Assembly (NCBI GenBank): GCA_963665235.2
Contig: CAXXLX010000002.1
Span: 512,001-576,000, forward strand
DNA length: 64,000 nt
From: Candidatus Poribacteria bacterium
GTDB lineage: Bacteria > Poribacteria > WGA-4E > WGA-3G
Reading direction: 5' to 3'
Under the pieces are notes generated by a model. The model did no database searches, was not told the DNA's origin, and worked only from the letters and a program-made list of their open reading frames with translations. Shown in pieces: positions 18,491 through 28,140 of the stretch. Every line of letters begins with the position of its first letter. Position 1 is the first letter of the stretch. A program made the position numbers and the translations under genes.

Positions 18491-19621
18491 TTAAATTTTT
18501 GCCCTAATTTTCATCAGCCGTTCACTCGCTTCTATCAGAATGTCATCGGCTATGCTGAACATAAAACGGAACTTTGTCTTGCCAAGGTGCGGGTGGCTAT
18601 AAAAGCTAGACCCCGGCACCCCGCCTACGCCAATTTCTTTGACTAACCAGTGTGCAAAGGCGGTATCATCGGGAAAACCGAAATCGGTGATGTCTGTCAT
18701 AATGTAGTACGCCCCCTCTGGGCGCGCACATTTAAACCCCGCTTCGGTGAGTGTGTTCACAAGCCGTTTCCGGTTTGTGTCGTATTGTGCAACTAAACTT
18801 GTGTAGTAGCTCGGGGGCAAGTTGAGAGCAGCGATGCCAGCACGTTGCAACGGATGCGGCGCACCGACCGTCAAAAAATCGTGCATCTTTCGGATACCAT
18901 CCGTTAAAGCGGCAGGTGCCACGACATATCCTAAACGCCAGCCTGTCATTGAATACGCTTTACTCAACCCTGACACGGTGATAGTCCGCTCCCGCATGTC
19001 GGGCAAAGAGCCGATGCTGATATGCAATTTCTCATCGTATATCATGTGCTCATATATCTCATCGGTGATAGCGATACAGTCATATTCACAGCAGAGCTCG
19101 GCAATCTTTTGAAGTTCGGTTTGCGTAAAAACCTTGCCGAGCGGATTGTTAGGTGTGTTAACAATAATCGCCTTTGTCTTACTAGAGAACGCATTTCGGA
19201 GAGCAGTTGGGTCGTAAGTGAACTGCATCACACCCTCGGCACTGTGTGTCTCTTGAAGTGCAACATACACCGGCACTGCACCAGAGATAATCGTATCCGG
19301 CCCGTAGTTTTCATAGAAAGGTTCAAAAATGATAACCTCGTCACCGGGATTGATAATCGCAAGTAGTGCCGACAGCATGCCTTCCGTTGAACCGCAGGTG
19401 ACGGTAACGTTTTCAGCAGCATCGGTCGGAATACCGTTGAAGGTCGTCATTTTATGGGCAATTGCCTCTCGGAACGCAGGCTCGCCCCACGTAATGCTAT
19501 ACTGATTGTACCCGTCTTGGATTGCTTCAATTGCTGCAGCTTTCACCGCATCCGGGGGTTGATATGCTGGAGTCCCCTGTGACAGGTTTATCGCATTGTA
19601 CCGCAAACAGAGCTGCGTCAT
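18491..19621 (-). CDS. PLP-dependent aminotransferase class I/II (true start probably upstream, ~19684)
   Basis: INLSQG, NTPNNPLG, DEIY, SLSK-like SGLSKAYSMTGWRLG. Confidence 0.9.
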   Translation of the reverse strand: MTQLCLRYNAINLSQGTPAYQPPDAVKAAAIEAIQDGYNQYSITWGEPAFREAIAHKMTTFNGIPTDAAENVTVTCGSTEGMLSALLAIINPGDEVIIFEPFYENYGPDTIISGAVPVYVALQETHSAEGVMQFTYDPTALRNAFSSKTKAIIVNTPNNPLGKVFTQTELQKIAELCCEYDCIAITDEIYEHMIYDEKLHISIGSLPDMRERTITVSGLSKAYSMTGWRLGYVVAPAALTDGIRKMHDFLTVGAPHPLQRAGIAALNLPPSYYTSLVAQYDTNRKRLVNTLTEAGFKCARPEGAYYIMTDITDFGFPDDTAFAHWLVKEIGVGGVPGSSFYSHPHLGKTKFRFMFSIADDILIEASERLMKIRAKI

Positions 19622-19761
19622 GCCCCGGATAACTGATTCCGTGAAACGGGTAGATTTTACTGAGAGTTTGGATTGTAGGGAAATTTTGGATGTCCTTTTG
19701 TTTTACCTTATACTTTGGTTCTATAACTTAATCGGTTTTTGCTCTTTTCTGTCCCAACTCT

Positions 19762-19829
19762 TAGTCCCGTAGGGACGATATCTTTATAGGGGTTAGTGCA
19801 AACCGACATTTATTATCAAACTCACGTTA
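19762..19829 (+). repeat. REP-B hairpin plus solitary ACGTGAGTTTGA MITE end
   Basis: TAGTCCCGTAGGGACGATATCTTTATAG; TATCAAACTCACGTT. Confidence 0.6.
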
Positions 19830-19953
19830 AAATTAACGTTCGTAGGTCGGGTTGATGGCGGATTGCTTTAAAAATAGTAGCACAACTTGTATTGTCTTGT
19901 CAAGAAGAATAGCAATCAGGCCGTGATAAGACAATTCATCGTTTGTCGTTCCG

Positions 19954-20792
19954 TTATCGCTGAAACAGCTGCCAACTTCTGCCAGGGAGATCGGCGCGAA
20001 ATACCTCTACATTTCCACGATCTGCCATCGTAACATAGCAGGTGCATCCATCCGGGCCGCCGAAAGCGATGTTGGAACAGAGTTTACCTGTTAGCTCAAC
20101 CTCTAATAACACCTCCCCTTCGGGTGACAATTTCGCCACCGTGCCTTTGCCGTGCCGAGTGACATAAAGATTGCCTTCAATATCGCACCGCATTCCATCC
20201 ATATTGAAATCTGGAAACTGAATTAATAACCGCTTATTGCTGATGTTCCCTTCAGACGATAGGTCGTAAGCCCAGATGTTCCGTTGCGTCGATTCGTTGA
20301 CATACAGCACCTTTTCATCGGTGCTCACCTCAATACCGTTTGTAGTGCCCATATCTGCTTCCAAAAGGGTTACCTGTCCATCTGTCCCACTCGCCAGAGT
20401 TGTCCAGTTGATTCCCCCCAATTCGGGTCGCTGGCGTAGAGGATATCGTTCGCGCCAATAGCGAGGTCATTCGGTTGGTTCATCTTCGGTTCGTGTGCGT
20501 GTACACTAATCTCCCGCGTTTCCATATCCACCTTAAGTACATTGTGGTTCGTGTAGTCGGCGATGAACATAAAACCTTCGCTGTTGAAACGGATACCGTT
20601 GCCGATGCTTCCGGGCGGCAGTTCAATAAAAACGCTGGCAGTGCCGTTCGGTGTCACCTTACCGATGGTATGTTGTCGTTCGTAGTTGACTGCATAGAGG
20701 TTGCCATTCGCATCACAGGCGGGCCCCTCTATTCCGGAAGTAAACCCGTTGACAGGTGTAAATTCGGTGCTGACAAAAAGTTCTTCGTTCAT
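19954..20792 (-). pseudogene. SMP-30/gluconolactonase family gene split by a 1-bp frameshift
   Basis: N-half (EGP, NG, PND..ASDPNW) and C-half (NG, DGM-CD-EGNLY) in different frames; join at GTG GG- ACA near 20386-20388. Confidence 0.8.
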
Positions 20793-20885
20793 TTTTTTTT
20801 CTCCTCCTCGCTTTTTATTAAAGAATGTTGCAAACATATCAATATTTTACCACACAAACAGATAAAAATAAATAACCTTGTAAAT

Positions 20886-20914
20886 TTGACGTAAGCGCAA
20901 AAATAGCATATAAT
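20886..20914 (+). promoter_or_regulatory. sigma70 promoter
   Basis: TTGACG-N17-TATAAT. Confidence 0.65.
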
Positions 20915-20973
20915 TGGGATATAGCACGTTTCGGTTTTATGATACACCCCCTCAAACACACAAAGGAGTAAAT

Positions 20974-21759
20974 ATGTTAGGTGCGATTATAGGCGACATA
21001 GTTGGCTCCATCTACGAATTCGCCGCCCTTCCATTTAAGAGCAAGGAATTTGAATTTTTCAACTCACGCTGTTTTTTCACGGATGATTCGGTGTGTACTG
21101 CAGCAGTGGCGGATATTCTGTTGCAAGACCTCCCTCCAGCACAGACGATGCAGGCGTGGTGCCGCCGCCATCCGGGCAGAGGCTACGGCGGCTGGTTTAG
21201 ACAGTGGATTTATGTTAATGAACCTGAACCCTACGACAGCTACGGCAACGGTGCAGCGATGCGGGTTTCGCCTGCGGCGTTCCTATATCGTGATGACTTA
21301 GACGCAGCCCTCGCCGCTGCTGACAAGGTAACCGAAATCACCCATAATCATCCGGAAGGTATGAAAGGCGCGCGGGCAACAACACACGCCATCTACCTTG
21401 CGTTTCAAGGTGAAGATCCGGACACTATACGCCACATCATCTCTACCGAATACAACTATGACTTAACCAAAACAGTGGACGACATTCGACCCAATTACTC
21501 TTTTGACGTGACAAGCCAAGGCACAGTCCCGGAAGCAATAACGTGTGCGTTGGAATCGGTTAGTTATGAAGATGCTGTCCGTAATGCTATCTCTCTGGGG
21601 GGGGATGCTGACACCCTCGGTGCAATTGCGGGTCCCATTGCGGAGGCACTACACGGCATTCCCGATGCGTTCATAGAACAGGCAGAGACCCGTTATCTTG
21701 CCGATGCCCCAGACATTCTCGAGGTTATACAAAAAATGTATCAGGTGGGTAGCAATTAG
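20974..21759 (+). CDS. ADP-ribosylglycohydrolase family protein
   Basis: MLGAIIGDIVGS, TDDS, GNGAAMR, TH, GGDADT; AAGGAG SD. Confidence 0.92.
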   Translation: MLGAIIGDIVGSIYEFAALPFKSKEFEFFNSRCFFTDDSVCTAAVADILLQDLPPAQTMQAWCRRHPGRGYGGWFRQWIYVNEPEPYDSYGNGAAMRVSPAAFLYRDDLDAALAAADKVTEITHNHPEGMKGARATTHAIYLAFQGEDPDTIRHIISTEYNYDLTKTVDDIRPNYSFDVTSQGTVPEAITCALESVSYEDAVRNAISLGGDADTLGAIAGPIAEALHGIPDAFIEQAETRYLADAPDILEVIQKMYQVGSN

Positions 21760-21765
21760 TTTATT

Positions 21766-22842
21766 TTACTTGGAATCGGTATCCAATACTTGTAGGAATG
21801 CGTCAAAGCTGTGTATCTTCATAGCAGTGATTAGGAGTTGTGTCAGGCGTTCGGTATTGTGAATAGTTTCGAGTTGCTGCTTTGCGGTTTCGGTATCACT
21901 ATTAGGAAATCGTTCTGTGAGTATTGCTACGATATTCTTGATAGTGCCTTGTTCGATACCTTGTTCGATACCTTGTTCGATACCGCGTTCCATCAGGTTT
22001 TGTGCTATTGTTTGAGCCATAGGGTCTACCTCCAAGTTGTGTGTGTGCCTATCAACAAGTCCTATTAACTCTTCACGTTCCGCCGGTGAACGACGATGCA
22101 TGATAAGCGATAGAATATAGAAAATCGCTTCTCGTTTTTGGGCTTCCTGTCCCTCAGGAAGCTTGTCAGCGTGCTTTAGCATATCGACTAACGCACGACT
22201 TAGCTCTGCTGTGCTTGCGCGCTCTTTTTGCAGCACCGTAAGTAGCCAGCCTATCAGATGCTCTGTCTTCGTCAGAGTTTCCACCTCTGTCTCTTTGACA
22301 CTCAGAAACAGCGTCTCAAACTGTGGAATGAACCGTTCCAGCTCCTTCGGGAGATCCATGAGTGCTTGTAGTGTCAGCGGGACGGTCCATCGCCGGTCGC
22401 CTGTGTAAAAGACTATCGGCAGAATCGGTGACAAGCGACGTTCACTTTTGGGAACCTTGTCTGTCTTCCATCGTCTGATTTCTGCGTCCCATACTAACAT
22501 CATGTAGAGTAGAACGCGAAAGCCCATCGTCTCATCCACCGTAGATTGATGTTCAAGTAGAATATGGACTATCACATCATCTGCTTTATCCGCTGTTTCA
22601 AAAGGCACGCGATACAAAATGTCCGCTTCCCGTTCCCGTAAGTCTTCAGGAATAAAACTACTGCTAAGCGGCTCAAGCCGACTAAAATCCATAAATTTCG
22701 CAAGATCGCCGGCGATGATTTTTAACAAGCCCACTATGTTTTCCTTGTTTAGAAATAAGCGGCGGATACTCCTATCAGAAAAGTGTTCAATATGTTCATC
22801 TGGTAAATCGTGAGTGTTCGTCTCTTTCGTTTCCTCTGTCAT
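21766..22842 (-). CDS. Rpn/YhgA family PD-(D/E)xK nuclease (putative toxin with internal RpnS)
   Basis: ADILY, LLEHQS, LPIVFYTG; GIEQ repeats encoded by 12-bp tandem repeats 21947-21982. Confidence 0.9.
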   Translation of the reverse strand: MTEETKETNTHDLPDEHIEHFSDRSIRRLFLNKENIVGLLKIIAGDLAKFMDFSRLEPLSSSFIPEDLREREADILYRVPFETADKADDVIVHILLEHQSTVDETMGFRVLLYMMLVWDAEIRRWKTDKVPKSERRLSPILPIVFYTGDRRWTVPLTLQALMDLPKELERFIPQFETLFLSVKETEVETLTKTEHLIGWLLTVLQKERASTAELSRALVDMLKHADKLPEGQEAQKREAIFYILSLIMHRRSPAEREELIGLVDRHTHNLEVDPMAQTIAQNLMERGIEQGIEQGIEQGTIKNIVAILTERFPNSDTETAKQQLETIHNTERLTQLLITAMKIHSFDAFLQVLDTDSK

Positions 22843-23005
22843 TTTACACCTCAGTTCCTACCGCTAACAACATCATTCTTTAATACCCTCAATTGAAATT
22901 AAACAATATTGTCACGGTAAAATAGACACGTTAAGTATAACACTGTTTGACAAAACATAGCAAACTTTTTTTGTGTTGTCCAATTTGCACCTAAATGAAA
23001 TTGTT

Positions 23006-23034
23006 TTGACAAATTAAGCTGGGTATGTTATACT
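23006..23034 (+). promoter_or_regulatory. sigma70 promoter of mrr pair
   Basis: TTGACA-N17-TATACT with TG extension. Confidence 0.7.
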
Positions 23035-23069
23035 GCCAACATATTTCTAAATGTAAGAGAGATTTTTTT

Positions 23070-23921
23070 ATGGAAACTGTATGGAGAACGGCAATTCATC
23101 CAGAGACAAAGCTTGAATATAAGATTGAAATGCAAGCACTTAAGGAAATTAGACAAGCCATTCTTAAACTCGATTTTCCGCCTGCCGGAATGACGATTAA
23201 GAATGCGGTAGAGATATTGGCGGAAAATTTTGAACTGTCTGAAGAACAGAAGAACGCGGTTTACAAGTCTGGAACTAACATTTTTTACTCTATGGTCGCT
23301 CACACATTTGGGGTTCTTCTTAAGAAAGATAAGTTAAAACAGCCAAAAGGCAAAAAAACACCGTTTTTTCCTGCTGATGCACCTGTTGATGAACCTCCTG
23401 GATTTTTTCCGGGAGATACCCTAATCCCAGAATCTATTGAGGAATATTACCAAAAACTTAGAGCCAAATTGGCTAATGAACTTCTACAGCAGATTAAGGA
23501 GACCCAGGCCGCTTTTTTTGAAAAACTCGTTCTCGACCTGCTCGTAAAAACCGGATACGGTGGTTCGCGTGCAAATGCCGAAACGGTCGGACGAAGTGGC
23601 GATGCTGGAATTGACGGTATCATTTCTGGAGGCAGGCCATGGCTTGATACCATTTATGTTCAAGTCAAACGTTGGGAAAAAAATGTAAGCCGTCCTGAAA
23701 TTCAGAAGTTTGCCGGGGCATTGCAAGGTCAGAGTGCACAGAAGGGAATCTTCGTCACAACATCGAATTTTAGTAAGAACGCCAGAGAGTACGTGAAAAA
23801 AATCGATCAAAACGTCATATTAATTGATGGTGCGGAACTCGCGCAGCTAATGATTGACCACGGCTTTGGCGTTTACACTGCGAAAAACGAGGAAATCAAA
23901 TCTGAAATTATTGTAGCATGA
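23070..23921 (+). CDS. mrr: Mrr-family type IV restriction endonuclease (divergent copy)
   Basis: FFEKLVLDLL, D-GIDGII, YVQVKRW, G-FVTTSNF. Confidence 0.85.
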   Translation: METVWRTAIHPETKLEYKIEMQALKEIRQAILKLDFPPAGMTIKNAVEILAENFELSEEQKNAVYKSGTNIFYSMVAHTFGVLLKKDKLKQPKGKKTPFFPADAPVDEPPGFFPGDTLIPESIEEYYQKLRAKLANELLQQIKETQAAFFEKLVLDLLVKTGYGGSRANAETVGRSGDAGIDGIISGGRPWLDTIYVQVKRWEKNVSRPEIQKFAGALQGQSAQKGIFVTTSNFSKNAREYVKKIDQNVILIDGAELAQLMIDHGFGVYTAKNEEIKSEIIVA

Positions 23922-23962
23922 AAAGCAGCAAAAGAAATTTTAATTGATATTCGGAGATAAAA

Positions 23963-24772
23963 ATGCCTATACCCACTACTGACGAAATGGTGCTACCCGT
24001 TCTTCAGCACATAGCTGATGGTCAAGAATACCGTCGCCTGAGTATTATAAAAATGCTTACCGAACATTTTTCGCTTACCGAGGATGAAAGGAGAAAACTA
24101 AGTAAAAGCGGAAAGATGGAACGGTCTTTGAGTCGTGAGGGACTCATAGAGCGAGCCAGAGAACGGCATTACCGAATAACAGCTCTCGGGCGTAATTTCT
24201 TAAGTCAAAGCCCGGAAGAAATTCCTGCGGAAGGTGGAGAAGGTGGCCAACGCCCTGAAAAATCCATTGACGAAAATTACCAGCAAATCAGAAAGGAATT
24301 AGCAGAGGACCTTTTAGAGAAGATTAAGGGTAACTCCCCTGATTTTTTCGAGAAATTGGTTGTTGACCTCCTCGTCAAGATGGGATATGGTGGCTCCCGA
24401 GAGGATGCTGGAAAGGCTGTAGGTGGCAGTGGTGATGGTGGGATTGACGGTATTATTAATGAAGATCGGCTTGGCCTTGATGTAGTTTATGTTCAGGCCA
24501 AACGGTGGGAAGGCAGTGTAAGTCGTCCCGAGATTCAGAGATTTGCGGGTGCCTTGCAAGGTCAACGTGCACGTAAAGGGGTCTTCATCACAACATCGAA
24601 TTTCACCAGAGATGCTGAAGAATATGTTGATACGATTGATTCTAAGATTGTTCTTATTGATGGAAAGCAACTGACAGAGTATATGATCGACCATGATATT
24701 GGTGTTTCCACGACAAAGACCTACGAAATCAAGCGCGTAGATTCCGATTACTTTGCTGAAGGTGCCGAATAG
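23963..24772 (+). CDS. mrr: Mrr-family type IV restriction endonuclease
   Basis: MPIP Mrr_N start; DGGIDGIINEDRLGLD-YVQAKRW; KRVDSDYF. Confidence 0.92.
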   Translation: MPIPTTDEMVLPVLQHIADGQEYRRLSIIKMLTEHFSLTEDERRKLSKSGKMERSLSREGLIERARERHYRITALGRNFLSQSPEEIPAEGGEGGQRPEKSIDENYQQIRKELAEDLLEKIKGNSPDFFEKLVVDLLVKMGYGGSREDAGKAVGGSGDGGIDGIINEDRLGLDVVYVQAKRWEGSVSRPEIQRFAGALQGQRARKGVFITTSNFTRDAEEYVDTIDSKIVLIDGKQLTEYMIDHDIGVSTTKTYEIKRVDSDYFAEGAE

Positions 24773-24841
24773 GATAAAACGTCACAATGGACGGGTTGTG
24801 TGAACCGCAGAAATTTGAGATTCACACAATCAACCGTTGCA

Positions 24842-26023
24842 TCAAATAACTTCCATCCACACCCCCGGCACGAACCTCGGATATTTTCCCTCACTGAACG
24901 CGGGATAATAGACCTCCTCTCCTGGGAAATCGTGAACTGTTTCGCCACCATCGGGATTTGGAATGTGCACCCTACAAATATACTCACTTTCGCGGAAATG
25001 CTGCTGCGGTGTCGGGGCAGATTTTTCAACGCGATATTCCGATAGGGCTGCTTCATCCACTGAAACACCGAGACCCGGTGACGTTGGCACCTGAATTGTG
25101 CCATCCACCACATCGAGACGCGTTTCCAACAGATCCGATTCCCATAACTCATGGCAGGTAATTGCAGGCAACTCGGCTTGCGATAGCACTGCACCGAGAT
25201 GCACACAGTATGCGGTTGTAATGCCGGTACCGACCATCTGGAGCCAGAAGGGTTGGCCAAACGATGAACAGAGCGCGTTGGTTCGCCGCAGCGAGTTGAC
25301 ACCCCCGCCAACAACAAACCCACCACAACAACGTTCATGTAAACAGGATTCGTTGAAATGCTCCACAATACGTTTCTCTATAGCATCCTGCAACCGCTTC
25401 GCGCCTTCTGTATCTGTTCCGAGGTAGAACGGACTCTCGTAGATGGCCACATTCGGATGCTCGTCTAATTTCTGTAAAACGGGGATAGCGTCGTCTGCTG
25501 TTAGCAGGAAGCCGTTGAAGTCAATGTCGAGCCGATAGTCTGCTGGTACAGCGTCCCCGACCGCGTCAACCTGTGCGAAGATATCTCGCCAAGGCCGCGC
25601 CTTCAGTTTGGCGGAAGTATACCCCCGTTTAACGGATTCTTCTACCTCTGCCACCCAATCTTCAGGGGGCATGTCAATGTCCCACCATGAAATGGGGCAC
25701 CGTTCGCGAACCTTCGGGCCCATCAGGTCGGACGCAGGGACACCGACCGTTTTGCCAACGGCATCAAAAAGCGACATCTGGATACCGAACCCGACCCCAT
25801 CATCGTTCATACATGCGAACGGGTTTTGCCCAACGAGCCGTTCAATATTGCCTGATTCGTCATATAAATTTTCGCCATATCCTACAATTCCGTTGCTCAG
25901 TTCCACGCGGTAAACGTAGACTCGTTCGCCGTGCGTCGCTGCACGGTGCATGTGTCGACTGACGCGGTCACAATAAAACGGAACGTTCAACGGAATTACT
26001 TCGAGGTGTTTTATGCTAAGCAT
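24842..26023 (-). CDS. Mandelate racemase/muconate lactonizing (enolase superfamily) protein
   Basis: KLK, DFN, ESP, PGLGV motifs; GGAGG SD before ATG 26023. Confidence 0.85.
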   Translation of the reverse strand: MLSIKHLEVIPLNVPFYCDRVSRHMHRAATHGERVYVYRVELSNGIVGYGENLYDESGNIERLVGQNPFACMNDDGVGFGIQMSLFDAVGKTVGVPASDLMGPKVRERCPISWWDIDMPPEDWVAEVEESVKRGYTSAKLKARPWRDIFAQVDAVGDAVPADYRLDIDFNGFLLTADDAIPVLQKLDEHPNVAIYESPFYLGTDTEGAKRLQDAIEKRIVEHFNESCLHERCCGGFVVGGGVNSLRRTNALCSSFGQPFWLQMVGTGITTAYCVHLGAVLSQAELPAITCHELWESDLLETRLDVVDGTIQVPTSPGLGVSVDEAALSEYRVEKSAPTPQQHFRESEYICRVHIPNPDGGETVHDFPGEEVYYPAFSEGKYPRFVPGVWMEVI

Positions 26024-26228
26024 GATGTCTCCTCCAATTCTCGGATTATCCTGAGCTGAATTGTAGCACATTCCACAAATTATAGGTTAAAAAATTCTGA
26101 CAATCTTTCCTCCTCTGATGAAATTTGACAATCAAATCGGTAGTTGGATACGTAGGGGTTGGGTTCCCCAACCCGCTTGGCTTTTGAGCTTTCCCAGCTC
26201 GGGCGTGGAAACCACGCCCCTACGATAC

Positions 26229-27031
26229 GGGTGTGTAAAATTTTTGTACTTAAACGTGAGTTTGAAAATAAATGTCCGTTTTCTCTATAAATATATCGTC
26301 CCTACGGGACTATGGGTTGTGGCAACATCTGCTTCTATAAATATATCGTCCCTACGGGACTAGGCGTATCGGGGCGACATGTTTAATGTGAACGCCAGAC
26401 AATCTAGCCCCATCGGGGCGGTATATTTATAGAAAACACAACAACACAACACAATCTAGCCCCATCGGGGCGGTATATTTATAGAAAACACAACACAATC
26501 TAGCCCCATCGGGGCGGTATATTTATAGAAGCACAAGGGCCAGACAATCTAGCCCCATCGGGGCGGTATATTTATAGAAAGACAATCTAGCCCCATCGGG
26601 GCAACACAACACAATCTAGCCCCATCGGGGCGGTATATTTATAGAAAACACAACAACACAACACAATCTAGCCCCATCGGGGCGGTATATTTATAGAAGC
26701 ACAAGGGCCAGACAATCAGCCCCAGGGCGGTATATTTATAGAAGCCAGACAATCTAGCCCCATCGGGGCGGTATATTTATAGAAAACACAACACAATCTA
26801 GCCCCATCGGGGCGGTATATTTATAGAAAACACAACACACTAGCTCATAATCACAAACCTTCTATTGTTACGCATCTTAAAATCCGATAAATCCTATTGA
26901 CTTTGCCTTCATTTGATAAATCCGCAATTCAGACAACACACGCGCGAAATCCATCCTTCCCCCCTTCCAATCTTCCAATCTTCCAATCTTCCATCCTTCC
27001 CTCTATCATAGTACAAAAACTTTACACACCC
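26229..27031. mobile_element. IS256-like MITE with 9-bp TSD
   Basis: GGGTGTGTAAAATTTTTGTACT / AGTACAAAAACTTTACACACCC (1 mismatch in 22); CTACGATAC at 26220-26228 and 27032-27040. Confidence 0.88.
26399..26828 (+). repeat. Tandem array of 10 REP-B units (36 bp) with short re-used linkers
   Basis: ACAATCTAGCCCCATCGGGGCGGTATATTTATAGAA: 8 full, 1 truncated, 1 degenerate; linkers 2-16 bp. Confidence 0.92.
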
Positions 27032-27063
27032 CTACGATACCCAACTTGAACTTCAAAATTCAT

Positions 27064-27133
27064 TAGGAGCGAGCTGTGCTCGCGATATTTTTTTCAATCT
27101 TTCCTCCTCTGTAGGAGCGAGCTGGGCTCGCGA
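27064..27133 (+). repeat. Two GTAG-type REP hairpins
   Basis: (G)TAGGAGCGAGCTG(T/G)GCTCGCGA twice. Confidence 0.8.
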
Positions 27134-27205
27134 TAATTTTTTTTGAAGAAAATTGGGACGGTTTGCAACTAACATGACGATGGCACGCTATTTAGCGAGC
27201 TGGGT

Positions 27206-27235
27206 TTGACACCTAAAGCGTTTTGGTGGTATAAT
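27206..27235 (+). promoter_or_regulatory. sigma70 promoter
   Basis: TTGACA-N18-TATAAT with TG extension. Confidence 0.7.
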
Positions 27236-27266
27236 TCTGTCAAGACATCGCTAACTTAAGGAGAAT

Positions 27267-28133
27267 ATGGTGACACAAATTAAGCCTTTTACTGTTTCAA
27301 ACGAGCTGTTAGCTGAACCGGTTAAGCTGCAAGAACAGGCACAGCAGGACGGGTATCTCTACTTCCGCGGTTTGATTGATGCCGAATCAATTTACAACCT
27401 GCGTCAAGATTTCTTGGAGATTTGCCATCGACACGGTTGGGCTGAAGGCGGCGACACACTGATGGACGGCATCCGAATAGGCGGCCCCTTCATGGAAGGG
27501 GATGATGGATATTGGCCGGTGTTGGACGAATTCCAATGTTTGGAATCGTTTCACGCCTTTGCACATCACCCCGCAATTTTGGAGGTGTGTGACACGTTGT
27601 TCGGTGAAAAGACGTTGGTGCATCCCCGAAATATTGGCAGAATTATGTTCCCTGAAAACACGAAATACACAACACCCGCACATCAGGATTATATTCACAT
27701 TCGCGGGACGGAGGAGACCTATACAGGCTGGATTCCGCTCGGCGCATGTCCCGAACATTTGGGGGGATTGACAGTGTTGGCAGGCTCACATCGGTTTGGC
27801 ATATTTCCGGTGAAACCGGCACATGGTGCCGGCGGACTCGGTATCGACACCGCGCCTCTAGAGGCAGATGGACTTACATGGGTTGCAGGCGATTACGACA
27901 TAGGCGATGCTATCTTCTTTCATAGTCATACCGTTCACAAAGCACTGCCGAACCAGAGCCCCAATAGGATACGGCTTTCAGTAGACTATCGTTATCAGGG
28001 CTGCTCAAAACCGGTCACGCAAGGCTCGCTGTTACCGCATTTCAATCGGATGCCCTGGGATGAAATCTATAGCGGATGGAAATCCACAGAATATCAATAC
28101 TACTGGAACGCGTTTGACCTAAATCGGGTGTAA
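27267..28133 (+). CDS. Phytanoyl-CoA dioxygenase family protein
   Basis: TPAHQD, WIPLG, GSH, H-ALPN, RLSVDYRY. Confidence 0.9.
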   Translation: MVTQIKPFTVSNELLAEPVKLQEQAQQDGYLYFRGLIDAESIYNLRQDFLEICHRHGWAEGGDTLMDGIRIGGPFMEGDDGYWPVLDEFQCLESFHAFAHHPAILEVCDTLFGEKTLVHPRNIGRIMFPENTKYTTPAHQDYIHIRGTEETYTGWIPLGACPEHLGGLTVLAGSHRFGIFPVKPAHGAGGLGIDTAPLEADGLTWVAGDYDIGDAIFFHSHTVHKALPNQSPNRIRLSVDYRYQGCSKPVTQGSLLPHFNRMPWDEIYSGWKSTEYQYYWNAFDLNRV

Positions 28134-28140
28134 TTAATTG

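Larger units (their letters stand above)
26118..27063. mobile_element. Outer MITE-like element inserted into a GTAG REP; contains a REP doublet and the inner MITE
   Basis: Ends ATGAAATTTGA / TCAAAATTCAT; joined flanks reproduce the intact unit at 27095-27133; inverted REP pair 26152-26223. Confidence 0.7.

Noticed and set aside
26399-26828. CRISPR array
   Set aside because: Linkers are 2-16 bp, low-complexity and re-used; no cas genes; the repeat belongs to a dispersed hairpin family
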